Assembly: GCA_963715285.1 (NCBI GenBank)
Contig: CAVQRU010000008.1
Span: 13,653-77,652 of the forward strand
Origin: Ilumatobacteraceae bacterium
GTDB lineage: Bacteria; Actinomycetota; Acidimicrobiia; Acidimicrobiales; Ilumatobacteraceae
Length of the DNA stretch: 64,000 bases
Direction: 5' to 3'
The notes under the pieces are model-generated. The model was not told the DNA's origin. It worked only from the letters and a program-made list of their open reading frames with translations, and did no database searches. This document shows, piece after piece, positions 43,433-51,252 of this stretch (the stretch's first letter is position 1; every line of letters begins with the position of its first letter). The translations under genes and the position numbers were made by a program.

Positions 43433-45007
43433 TCACGTGCCGTCTCCCGCGACGGTGCCGCCGGGGATGGTCGACCCGGCCGGTGGGGCCTGCGGCTGGG
43501 GTTGCGGTGTGATCGGCTGGGAGCCGGCACCGGTGAGCAGGTAGTCGAGCATGCCCTTGGCCAACGGCCCGGCGAGACGTCCACCGGTTGCCGCGACGTC
43601 GGCCGTCGACTGCACGTCGGTCAGCACGACCGACACGGCGTACTGCGGGTTGTCGGCTGGGGCGAAGGCGATGATCCATGCGTGGGACAGGTCCGGATTG
43701 CTCGGGTCACCCAACTGTGCCGTACCGGTCTTGGCCGCGACGGGGATGCCTCCCTCCAAGGCGATGCAGCAACTGGCGGTGCCACGCTCGGCGACGCCGA
43801 TCATCAGCTGCGTCATGATCCCGGCGTTGGCGGGCGACAACGGTGTCTTCCACACCTCGGGATCGGTCCGGTCGAGTACGCGGCCGGCCTGGTCGTAGGT
43901 GGTCTGCACGGCGTAGGGCTTCATCATCCGGCCGCCGTTGGCGACCGCACCGGCCACCATCGCCATGTGGAGCGGCACCATCTGCACCTCGCTCTGGCCG
44001 AACCCGCGGATGGCGAGGAGGGGGAGTTCCTGCGCGAGGTTGGAGGTGTTGCCGAACGTGCTCGCTGCCGGCCGGGGCAGGTCGATCGGGAGCTCCTCGC
44101 CGATGCCCCAGGCGGCCGTGCCGTCGACCATCGCCTCGGGGCCGAGCAGCGTGGCGAGTTGGGCGAAGGGGATGTTGCAGCTGCGGGCGAACACGGTGGC
44201 GAGGTCGCCGCCGCACAGGCTGCCGTTGTAGTTCTGGATCGGGTCGTTCGTCTGCGGCGGCACCCACTCGCGTTCGTTCGGGAAGCTGTTGTCCAGCGTG
44301 AGGATCCCGCTCTCGAGGGCGATGCCCGTGGTGACCACCTTGAACGTCGACCCCGGCATGTACCGCTCCTGGTAGGCCTGCGCGAGCAACGGATTGCCCT
44401 CGGCGTTCTGGAGATCGGTGATCGCCTGCTGGGCGATGTCGAAGTCTGCGTTGACGAACGTGTTCGGGTCGTAGGTCGGGTTGCTGTACATCGCCCGGAT
44501 CGCGCCGGTCGCCGGCTCGATCACCGTGATCGACCCGGTGCGGCCACCGAGCAGGAACTTGGCGACCTCCTGGGCGTCCTCGCGCACGGCGAGTTCGACG
44601 GTGCCGGTGGTGCCCACGTCACCGCCGAGGAGATCGCCGAGACCGCGCACCTGCTGTTCGGTGGTGGACCCGGTCAGCACGTCGCCGTACAGCCGCTCGA
44701 CCTGGGTGGAGCCGAATGCGAACGTGTAGTAGCCGGTGATGTCGGCGAGCAGGTCGCCGGTCGGGTACTCGCGACGGAAGTTGTACGGCTCGCCGGGCCT
44801 GGTCGGGAACGACACCGCCGCCACCTGGCCGTCGGCGGTGATGATCGGCCCGCGGGGCTTGTTGAACTCGCGCAGGACCTGCCGGGTGTTGTCGAACCGG
44901 GCGTCGAGCTCCTGCTTGCGGCCCACCTGCCAGTAGTTGAGCGCGACGAAGAGCACGACGTAGCACGCCATGAGGCCCACGGCGAGCTGGCGGATCTGGC
45001 GGTTCAC
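43433..45007 (-). CDS. pbpA: penicillin-binding protein (PbpA/FtsI-type transpeptidase)
   Basis: STFK (PGSTFKVVT), SCN and KTGTA motifs, with an N-terminal TM. GTG 45007. Confidence 0.9.
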   Translation of the reverse strand: MNRQIRQLAVGLMACYVVLFVALNYWQVGRKQELDARFDNTRQVLREFNKPRGPIITADGQVAAVSFPTRPGEPYNFRREYPTGDLLADITGYYTFAFGSTQVERLYGDVLTGSTTEQQVRGLGDLLGGDVGTTGTVELAVREDAQEVAKFLLGGRTGSITVIEPATGAIRAMYSNPTYDPNTFVNADFDIAQQAITDLQNAEGNPLLAQAYQERYMPGSTFKVVTTGIALESGILTLDNSFPNEREWVPPQTNDPIQNYNGSLCGGDLATVFARSCNIPFAQLATLLGPEAMVDGTAAWGIGEELPIDLPRPAASTFGNTSNLAQELPLLAIRGFGQSEVQMVPLHMAMVAGAVANGGRMMKPYAVQTTYDQAGRVLDRTDPEVWKTPLSPANAGIMTQLMIGVAERGTASCCIALEGGIPVAAKTGTAQLGDPSNPDLSHAWIIAFAPADNPQYAVSVVLTDVQSTADVAATGGRLAGPLAKGMLDYLLTGAGSQPITPQPQPQAPPAGSTIPGGTVAGDGT

Positions 45008-45008
45008 G

Positions 45009-46448
45009 TCAGGCCAGTCCCTCGACGCTCGACCCGTGACGCTCGGCACGACGGATGCGTCTCGACAGGCGCCACGCCTTCCACCGTTCGGTCGGCGTCG
45101 GCTCGTCGGGGAGTTCGCCGAGGCGACGGGCGGAGGAGTCCGACAGCCGGATCAGCAGTGCGAGCAGGACGTAGTTGGCCACGAGCGAGGAGCCGCCGTA
45201 GCTCACGAACGGCAACGTGATGCCGGTCAGGGGCACCACCTTGATGACCCCGGCGATGATGATGAATCCCTGGACGCCCACGATGGTGGTGAGGCCCACG
45301 GCGAGCAGCTTCTCGAAGGTCCGGTCGGTCCGCAGCGCCGTCCGCAGACCGGCGCCGACGAGGAGGATGAACGCCATCAGCACGGCGGAGGCGCCGATCA
45401 GCCCCCACTCCTCGGCGATCGCGGCGAAGATGAAGTCGTTCTGGGCCTCGGGCACCTGGCCGGGGTTCCCCCGTCCGAGGCCGGTGCCCGTCAGCCCGCC
45501 GTCGGCGAGGCCGTAGAGCGCCTGGATGATCTGGTAGCCCCGATCGAGGGGGTCCTCCCACGGATCGAGCCACACGTCGACCCTGGTCTGGACGTGACCG
45601 AACTGCGTCCACGAGAAGTACGCCGCTGCGCCGAACAGGGCGGTGCCGATCAGGAGATAGCTGACCCGTTCGGTGGCGACCCACATCATCACGACGAACA
45701 ACGTGAAGAACAGCAGCGACGAGCCGAGGTCGCGTTGGAACACCATGACGACGACGGCGAATCCCCAGGCCATCACGATCGGAGCGATGTAGCGCGGTTC
45801 GGGAAGATGGAACGGGCCGATTCTCCAGGTCGATGCCGCGATCAACTCGCGTCGATCGGCGAGATACGACGCGAAGAAGATGGCGAGAGCGATCTTGGCG
45901 AACTCACCGGGCTGGAAGTTGATCGGTCCGAGACTCACCCAGATGCGAGCGCCGTTGATGTTGACGCCGAGGCCGGGCGCCAGCGGCAGCAGGAGCAGGA
46001 ACGCTCCGCCGAAGAAGAACAGCCAGCTGTAGCGGGCCAGGTCGGTCGCTCGCTGCACGACGAGGAGCGTCATGACGAAGGCGCCGATCGCGACCAGGCT
46101 CCACGTGGCCTGGAGGCCTGCGAGTTCGTCGTCGAGACGGGTGATCATGACGAACCCGACGCCGTGCAGCAATGCGGCGAGCGGCAGCAGCGTGCCGTCG
46201 GCGCCGCGGGCGACGAGGCGCACCATCACGTGGGCGCACAGCAGCAACCCGAGCAGGATGGCGACGAAGACGACGATGCCAGGCGGGATCTCGGCGTTCG
46301 TGCCGAGGGCGGTGATCGTGTAGGCCGCGCCGGTGATCAGCGCCGCCATGAACACCAACGTGAGTTCGGTGGCCCGGCGGCTGCGTGCGAGTGGCGAATC
46401 GCCGATGGCCGGCGACTCCTCGACCGCGAACGTGGTCACGTCGCTCAT
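45009..46448 (-). CDS. rodA: FtsW/RodA/SpoVE-family peptidoglycan polymerase
   Basis: Polytopic protein with GEFAKIALAIFFASYL, DLGSSLLFFT, PEAQNDFIFAAI and PLTGITLPFVSYGGSS. Confidence 0.9.
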   Translation of the reverse strand: MSDVTTFAVEESPAIGDSPLARSRRATELTLVFMAALITGAAYTITALGTNAEIPPGIVVFVAILLGLLLCAHVMVRLVARGADGTLLPLAALLHGVGFVMITRLDDELAGLQATWSLVAIGAFVMTLLVVQRATDLARYSWLFFFGGAFLLLLPLAPGLGVNINGARIWVSLGPINFQPGEFAKIALAIFFASYLADRRELIAASTWRIGPFHLPEPRYIAPIVMAWGFAVVVMVFQRDLGSSLLFFTLFVVMMWVATERVSYLLIGTALFGAAAYFSWTQFGHVQTRVDVWLDPWEDPLDRGYQIIQALYGLADGGLTGTGLGRGNPGQVPEAQNDFIFAAIAEEWGLIGASAVLMAFILLVGAGLRTALRTDRTFEKLLAVGLTTIVGVQGFIIIAGVIKVVPLTGITLPFVSYGGSSLVANYVLLALLIRLSDSSARRLGELPDEPTPTERWKAWRLSRRIRRAERHGSSVEGLA

Positions 46449-46455
46449 GGCGGCG

Positions 46456-47928
46456 TCACGGCCCCGCGATCGTGGTCACCCCGGTGGGCGCTCCGGCGTC
46501 GATCGCGGTGGCGACCGTGGTCGGTGGCACCGTGGTCGGTGGCACGGTCGTCGTGGTCGTCGTCGTCGTGGTGGTGGTCGTCGTCGTGACACCGTCGCGG
46601 ATGAACTCTGCTGCCGCATCGGCGGAGTCGAACGTCGGCTCGGAGTCGATCTCTGCCGCCACGTCGGGTTCGAGGTCGTCGCGGGTCGGGCCAGCGGAGC
46701 TCTCGGCGGTCGGCTCGATCCAGAGCACGCCGCCGGGACGTCCCTGGTAGATGATCGCCTGATCGTCGTCGTCGAACGCCACGAAGTACCCGCTGCGGGC
46801 CCAGACCGACATGACGACGACGACCACGACGATCGCCGCCGCGACGGCGAAGCCGATCGCCACTCGCTTGAGGTTGGTGTGTCGCCGGGCTGCGGCCTGC
46901 TCGCCGGGGGTGTTCGGAGTGTCGAGTCCGGGTCGGCCGTCCGCGTCGACCGGTGGCGCGGCCGGGTCGGCATCGAGTTCGAGTGTGCCCGCTGGGGTCG
47001 GGTCGGCGGCACCGTCGGCCCACAGGGGGACGACGTCGAGTTCCATGGTGGGATCGGGCGGATCGTCACCGTCGAGGACGTCGAGGACGATGACGGTGAT
47101 GTTGTCGCGTCCGCCGGCGGCGTTCGCCAACTGCACGAGGAGGTCGGCCGCGTCCTGAGGGTCGGACTCGTTCACGAGTGTCGAAGCGATGTCGTCGTCG
47201 TCGACCTCGTCGACCAGGCCGTCGCTGCACAGCACGAAACGGTCGCCCTTGATGAGCGGCAGCGTCCACCAGTCGACGCGGACATCGGGCTCGATGCCGA
47301 GCGCGCGGGTGATGATGTTGCGCCGCGGATGGTTGCGGGCCTCGGCCTCGGTGATGTGCCCGGTCGAGACCAACTCCTGTACGTAGCTGTGGTCGACGGT
47401 CACTCGGCGCAGACGTCCGTGGCGGAACAGGTAGGTGCGCGAGTCGCCGACGTTGGCGAGGACGAGGGCTTCGCTCGGCTCGGCCGGCACGATCGGCGTC
47501 ACGTCGCCGGGCAGATCGCCGGGCCGATCGCCGGGCTGATCGCCGGCGCTGGCGCTGTCGGGCGCGGGTGGCCCGTCGTTGATGTCGATGTTGGGTTCCG
47601 CGCGTCCGGCGTGGTGGTCGGCGATCACGGCGATCGCGGTCACCGTCGTGCCCATGCCTGCCTGGCCGGGGTTGGCGATCGCGGCCCGGAAGATGTCGCC
47701 GTTCGCCGTACGGATCGCGGACACGACCCCGTCCGCCGACGGCAGGTCGTCGCCCTCGAGGAGTTCGGCGATCCGTTCCACGGCGAGCTGGCTCGCCACT
47801 TCGCCGGCCTCGTGGCCGCCCATCCCGTCAGCGACCACGAACACGCGGTGGGTGACGAGCAGGCTGTCCTCGTTGGCCGGGCGGAGTTGGCCGGTGTGCG
47901 TGGTGGCGCCGACGCGGAGATCGGCCAT
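46456..47928 (-). CDS. pstP: PP2C-family Ser/Thr phosphatase PstP (membrane-anchored)
   Basis: RPANEDS, ADGMGGH, VGDSR, CSDGL, GGRDNITV, one TM and an extracytoplasmic tail with T13. The ATG overlaps the fhaB stop. Confidence 0.9.
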   Translation of the reverse strand: MADLRVGATTHTGQLRPANEDSLLVTHRVFVVADGMGGHEAGEVASQLAVERIAELLEGDDLPSADGVVSAIRTANGDIFRAAIANPGQAGMGTTVTAIAVIADHHAGRAEPNIDINDGPPAPDSASAGDQPGDRPGDLPGDVTPIVPAEPSEALVLANVGDSRTYLFRHGRLRRVTVDHSYVQELVSTGHITEAEARNHPRRNIITRALGIEPDVRVDWWTLPLIKGDRFVLCSDGLVDEVDDDDIASTLVNESDPQDAADLLVQLANAAGGRDNITVIVLDVLDGDDPPDPTMELDVVPLWADGAADPTPAGTLELDADPAAPPVDADGRPGLDTPNTPGEQAAARRHTNLKRVAIGFAVAAAIVVVVVVMSVWARSGYFVAFDDDDQAIIYQGRPGGVLWIEPTAESSAGPTRDDLEPDVAAEIDSEPTFDSADAAAEFIRDGVTTTTTTTTTTTTTTVPPTTVPPTTVATAIDAGAPTGVTTIAGP

Positions 47929-48458
47929 CACTGGGCCTCGATCACGGTGGTGCCGACCTGGATTCGATCGCCGGGGTGGAGCAGTCTGGAGCCGACGAGT
48001 TTCGAGCCGTTGTGGAACGTGCCGTTGGTCGACCCGAGATCCTCCACCATCGGCTGGCCCTCGTAGTCGTAGATGCGCAGATGGAGTTGTGAGACGTACG
48101 CGTCGTCGTCGATCGTGATCGTGCACCCCGGCTCACGGCCGAGCGTGATGTCGCCGTCGAGTGCCACGGTCATGCCGCGTCGTACTTTCGGCTCCAGGAT
48201 CACGAGCCGACTGGCGCGGCGCTTGGCCTGCTGCTTGGCGTGTTTGGACTGTTTGCGACCGACCGGCGCCGGCGCGACGGGCCGGGGCGTGGGCGTGGTG
48301 GTGTGCGGCCGTCGCGGCGCTCCGCCCGGAGCACCGGCCATCGGCCGCCTCACCGGGGTGCGGACCTCGCTCCACACCGCCCAGAGCACGCGCGCGAAGA
48401 AGAGATAGAGCAGTCCCAGGAGGACGAACTTGAGAATGTTGAGGACTTGATCGGTCAT
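47928..48458 (-). CDS. fhaB: FHA-domain protein FhaB/FipA
   Basis: N-terminal TM and C-terminal FHA (ITLGREPGCTI...SQLHLRI...DLGSTNGTFHNG). Confidence 0.85.
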   Translation of the reverse strand: MTDQVLNILKFVLLGLLYLFFARVLWAVWSEVRTPVRRPMAGAPGGAPRRPHTTTPTPRPVAPAPVGRKQSKHAKQQAKRRASRLVILEPKVRRGMTVALDGDITLGREPGCTITIDDDAYVSQLHLRIYDYEGQPMVEDLGSTNGTFHNGSKLVGSRLLHPGDRIQVGTTVIEAQ

Positions 48459-48485
48459 GGGACGAGGAGCTCGTGCTCCGTGCGG

Positions 48486-49148
48486 TCAGGAGGCCTCGAA
48501 CCGGATGTGCGTGGCGCCGACGCTGATGATGTCACCGTCGGAGAGGCGGTGCTCGCCGGTGATCTTGACACCGTTGACCATCGTGCCGTTGGTGGAGCCG
48601 AGATCGCTGACCACGAAGGCGGTGGCGCTCGGCCGGACCTGGGCGTGGCGGCGGCTGATGTTGCTGTCGTTGACCGACACGTCGCATTCGGGCAGACGGC
48701 CGATCGTGATCGCTTCGTCGTTGATGTAGACGCGTTGTCCCGATGGCAGGACCAGCGATCCCATGCCCGGCCCGGTGGTCGCCTGCTTGAGTTGGCTGAC
48801 GATGCCGAATCGGCCGCTGCGCAGGTCGTTGTCGACGGTGAGCTCGACCGTGACGGGGCCCATGAAGTGGTACCCCTCCTCCCGGGCGTACTCGCGAGCG
48901 GCCTCGGCGAGTTCGGCGACGAGGGCGTCCTCGATGTCACCGAATCCGGCGTGATCGGCAGCGTTGAGCATCACGGTGAAGTCGTTCGGGACGATGCGCC
49001 GGCCCTTGACGTCGACGGAGCGGTTGTCGTCCATCTCGCGCACGAGACGACGGCCGAGTTCGATGGGACGGATTGACCCGCGGGAGCGACGAGAGAACAC
49101 GCCATCGACCATACGCTCCAGACGGTGCTCCAGTGACTGCAATCCCAT
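48486..49148 (-). CDS. fhaA: FHA-domain protein FhaA (DUF3662 + FHA)
   Basis: MGLQSLEHRLERMVDGVFSR.. (DUF3662) and C-terminal FHA (ITIGRLPECDV..SRRHAQV..DLGSTNGTMVNG). Confidence 0.9.
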   Translation of the reverse strand: MGLQSLEHRLERMVDGVFSRRSRGSIRPIELGRRLVREMDDNRSVDVKGRRIVPNDFTVMLNAADHAGFGDIEDALVAELAEAAREYAREEGYHFMGPVTVELTVDNDLRSGRFGIVSQLKQATTGPGMGSLVLPSGQRVYINDEAITIGRLPECDVSVNDSNISRRHAQVRPSATAFVVSDLGSTNGTMVNGVKITGEHRLSDGDIISVGATHIRFEAS

Positions 49149-49234
49149 AGGTGGAGTGCGAGGCTACTGCCCACCGTCGGGCCACCGTCGTCGCATCCCT
49201 CCGTGCGATCACGACGCGCCCCCTCCCCCCACAA

Positions 49235-49277
49235 CCGATGAGCGAGTCCCCCACAGTCTGGGCCTTGCCTCATCGCT
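49235..49277. repeat. REP-like hairpin element, GCGATGAGCGA family
   Basis: CCGATGAGCGAGTCCCCCACAGTCTGGGCCTTGCCTCATCGCT. Confidence 0.8.
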
Positions 49278-49305
49278 CGGTGGTTTCTTCCCGCGTCCAC
49301 CCAGT

Positions 49306-49347
49306 GCGATGAGCGACACCCCCGGATTCGGGGCGTTCGCTCATCGC
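49306..49347. repeat. REP-like hairpin element, GCGATGAGCGA family (perfect 11-bp outer stem plus inner CCCCG/CGGGG stem)
   Basis: GCGATGAGCGACACCCCCGGATTCGGGGCGTTCGCTCATCGC. Confidence 0.85.
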
Positions 49348-49406
49348 GTGGGGATTTCGGCGTGTGGGAACGATGCGAGGGTGCGCTAGCGTTCTGGGCT
49401 CCACTT

Positions 49407-49489
49407 GCGCGAGTGGCGGAATGGCAGACGCGCCAGCTTCAGGTGCTGGTGTCCGAAAGGGCGTGGGGGTTCAAGTCCCCCCTCGCGCA
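49407..49489 (+). tRNA. tRNA-Leu (anticodon CAG), class II with long variable arm
   Basis: Acceptor GCGCGAG/CTCGCGC plus discriminator A. Anticodon stem CCAGC/GCTGG with loop TTCAGGT. Variable arm TGTCCGAAAGGGCGT and T-arm GGGGG-TTCAAGT-CCCCC. No encoded CCA. Confidence 0.9.
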
Positions 49490-49612
49490 CGATGAGCCCC
49501 TTGCTGAGCAGGGGGTTCGTTCGCGTTCGGGCCGGTGCCGATCGGTCGACCAGCGTGCCGCTGGTGCGGAATCGCTGGGGCCGAGTAGTCGATTGTTGAC
49601 TAGTCTGCCCGG

Positions 49613-50437
49613 ATGCGTTCGCGGGTGATCGGGGCAGTGGCGGCGGTTGCCGGCTGTGCCGTGGCCGGCGTCTCGTGCGCAGGGGCGACGAGCTCGTCGG
49701 ACGCAACGGTCACGGTGTTCGCAGCCGCGTCGCTCACCGAGGCCTTCGGTGAACTCGGCGACGCCTTCGACGCCGCGAACCCCGACACCGAACTCGTCGT
49801 CAGCTTCGCGTCGTCGTCCGACCTCGCCCGCCAGATCATCGAAGGTGCACCCGCCGACGTCTTCGTGTCGGCTGACCTCGACAACATGGCCAAGGTCACC
49901 GATGCGGACGCGGCGATCGGCCGACCGGTCGTCTTCGCCACCAACCGTGCCGAGATCATCGTGGAGCCCGGCAATCCGCTCGAGATCGTCGAGGTCGCGG
50001 ATCTTGCCGACCCGGATCTCGTCCTCGTCGTCTGTGCACCCGAGGTGCCGTGCGGGTCGTACGCCGAACAGGTCGTCTCGAACGCCGGCGTCACCGTGAT
50101 CCCGGACTCGCTGGAGGAGAACGTCAAGGCCGTCGTCGCCAAGGTCACCCTGGGGGAGGCGGACGCCGGGATCGTCTACGCGACCGACGTGCTCGCTGCG
50201 GGCGACGAGGCCACCGGTGTCGAGATCCCCGACGACGTCAACGTCGTCGCCGACTATCCGATCGTCGCGGTCTCCGACGACGCCGAGTCGGCGGCGTTCG
50301 TCGATTTCGTGCTCGGTCCCGCCGGCCAGACGATCCTCGCTCGTCACGGATTCGGCGCACCACACGGATTCGGCGCACCACACGGATTCGGCGCACCACA
50401 CGGATTCGGCGCACCACACGGATTCGGCGCGTCATGA
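49613..50437 (+). CDS. modA: molybdate ABC transporter substrate-binding lipoprotein ModA with C-terminal (HGFGAP)n tail
   Basis: Lipobox-like AVAGC. VFAAASLTEAF, SFASSSDLARQI, ADVFVSAD and GIVYATDV. Confidence 0.9.
   Translation: MRSRVIGAVAAVAGCAVAGVSCAGATSSSDATVTVFAAASLTEAFGELGDAFDAANPDTELVVSFASSSDLARQIIEGAPADVFVSADLDNMAKVTDADAAIGRPVVFATNRAEIIVEPGNPLEIVEVADLADPDLVLVVCAPEVPCGSYAEQVVSNAGVTVIPDSLEENVKAVVAKVTLGEADAGIVYATDVLAAGDEATGVEIPDDVNVVADYPIVAVSDDAESAAFVDFVLGPAGQTILARHGFGAPHGFGAPHGFGAPHGFGAPHGFGAS
50345..50430 (+). repeat. perfect 18-bp tandem repeat CACGGATTCGGCGCACCA x4.8 (in frame, 3' end of modA)
   Basis: Read directly. Four identical units at 50345-50416 plus a 14-nt partial unit. 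Confidence 0.95.
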
Positions 50438-51252
50438 CGTCGCACCCGCGTGGCCAGCGAACACCGCTCCCCCCGATCGTGTTCGTCCTCGCGATCGTCA
50501 CCATCGCGTTCTTCGCTCTGCCGTTCATCGGTTTGTTGTGGCGAGCTCCGTGGGGCTCGATGCTCGACGTCATCGGTCAGCAGTCGGTGCGCACTGCGCT
50601 GTGGCTGTCACTGCGGACGTCGCTCGCCGCCACCTTCCTCGCGTTCGTGTTCGGCGTGCCGTTGGCCTGGCTGCTCGCGCGTGTCCCGTTCCGCGGCAGC
50701 TCCGCAGTTCGAGCGCTGTGCACACTGTCGATGGTGTTGCCGCCGGTGGTGGCCGGCGTCGCGCTCTTCTTCTCGTTCGGTCGACGGGGTCTCTTCGGGC
50801 AGTACCTCGACCGGTGGTTCGGCATCCAGCTCCCGTTCACGACCTGGGGCGTCGTGGTGGCGCAGACGTTCGTGGCGATGCCGTTCCTCGTGATCACGGT
50901 GGAAGCGGCGCTCCGCCAGATGGATCGCCGCACCGAGGATGCCGCCCGCACGCTCGGCGGCTCGCGGTGGTACGTGTTCCGCCGGGTGACGGTGCCCACC
51001 ATCCAGCCGGCCCTGATCGCCGGTGGCGTGCTCGCGTGGGCGCGTGCGCTGGGCGAGTTCGGCGCCACGATCACCTTCGCGGGCAACTTCCCCGGCACCA
51101 CCCAGACGATGCCGCTCGCCACCTATCTCGCCCTCGAGACCGATCCGCAGGAGGCACTGGTGATCAGCATCGTGCTCATCGCCGTGTCGTTCGCGGTGCT
51201 CGTCGGCCTCCGCGACCGTTGGCTCCACGGCGCCCGAGCCGGGTTCGCATGA
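50434..51252 (+). CDS. modB: molybdate ABC transporter permease ModB
   Basis: The ATG overlaps the modA stop. EAA-loop region EDAARTLGGSRW and ARALGEFGATITFAGN. Confidence 0.9.
   Translation: MTSHPRGQRTPLPPIVFVLAIVTIAFFALPFIGLLWRAPWGSMLDVIGQQSVRTALWLSLRTSLAATFLAFVFGVPLAWLLARVPFRGSSAVRALCTLSMVLPPVVAGVALFFSFGRRGLFGQYLDRWFGIQLPFTTWGVVVAQTFVAMPFLVITVEAALRQMDRRTEDAARTLGGSRWYVFRRVTVPTIQPALIAGGVLAWARALGEFGATITFAGNFPGTTQTMPLATYLALETDPQEALVISIVLIAVSFAVLVGLRDRWLHGARAGFA

Noticed and set aside
49407-49489. Genomic island or prophage integrated at tRNA-Leu.
   Set aside because: There is no integrase, no direct repeat of the tRNA 3' end and no compositional shift. Downstream genes (modABC, gluQ, ldt) are housekeeping, and the tRNA position after fhaA is ancestral in Actinobacteria.
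49490-49612. Moco riboswitch or ModE operator upstream of modA.
   Set aside because: I could not find the conserved Moco-motif core or a convincing multi-stem fold by eye. Only a small TAGTC-N7-GACTA inverted repeat is present. A covariance-model scan (Rfam RF01055) would be decisive.
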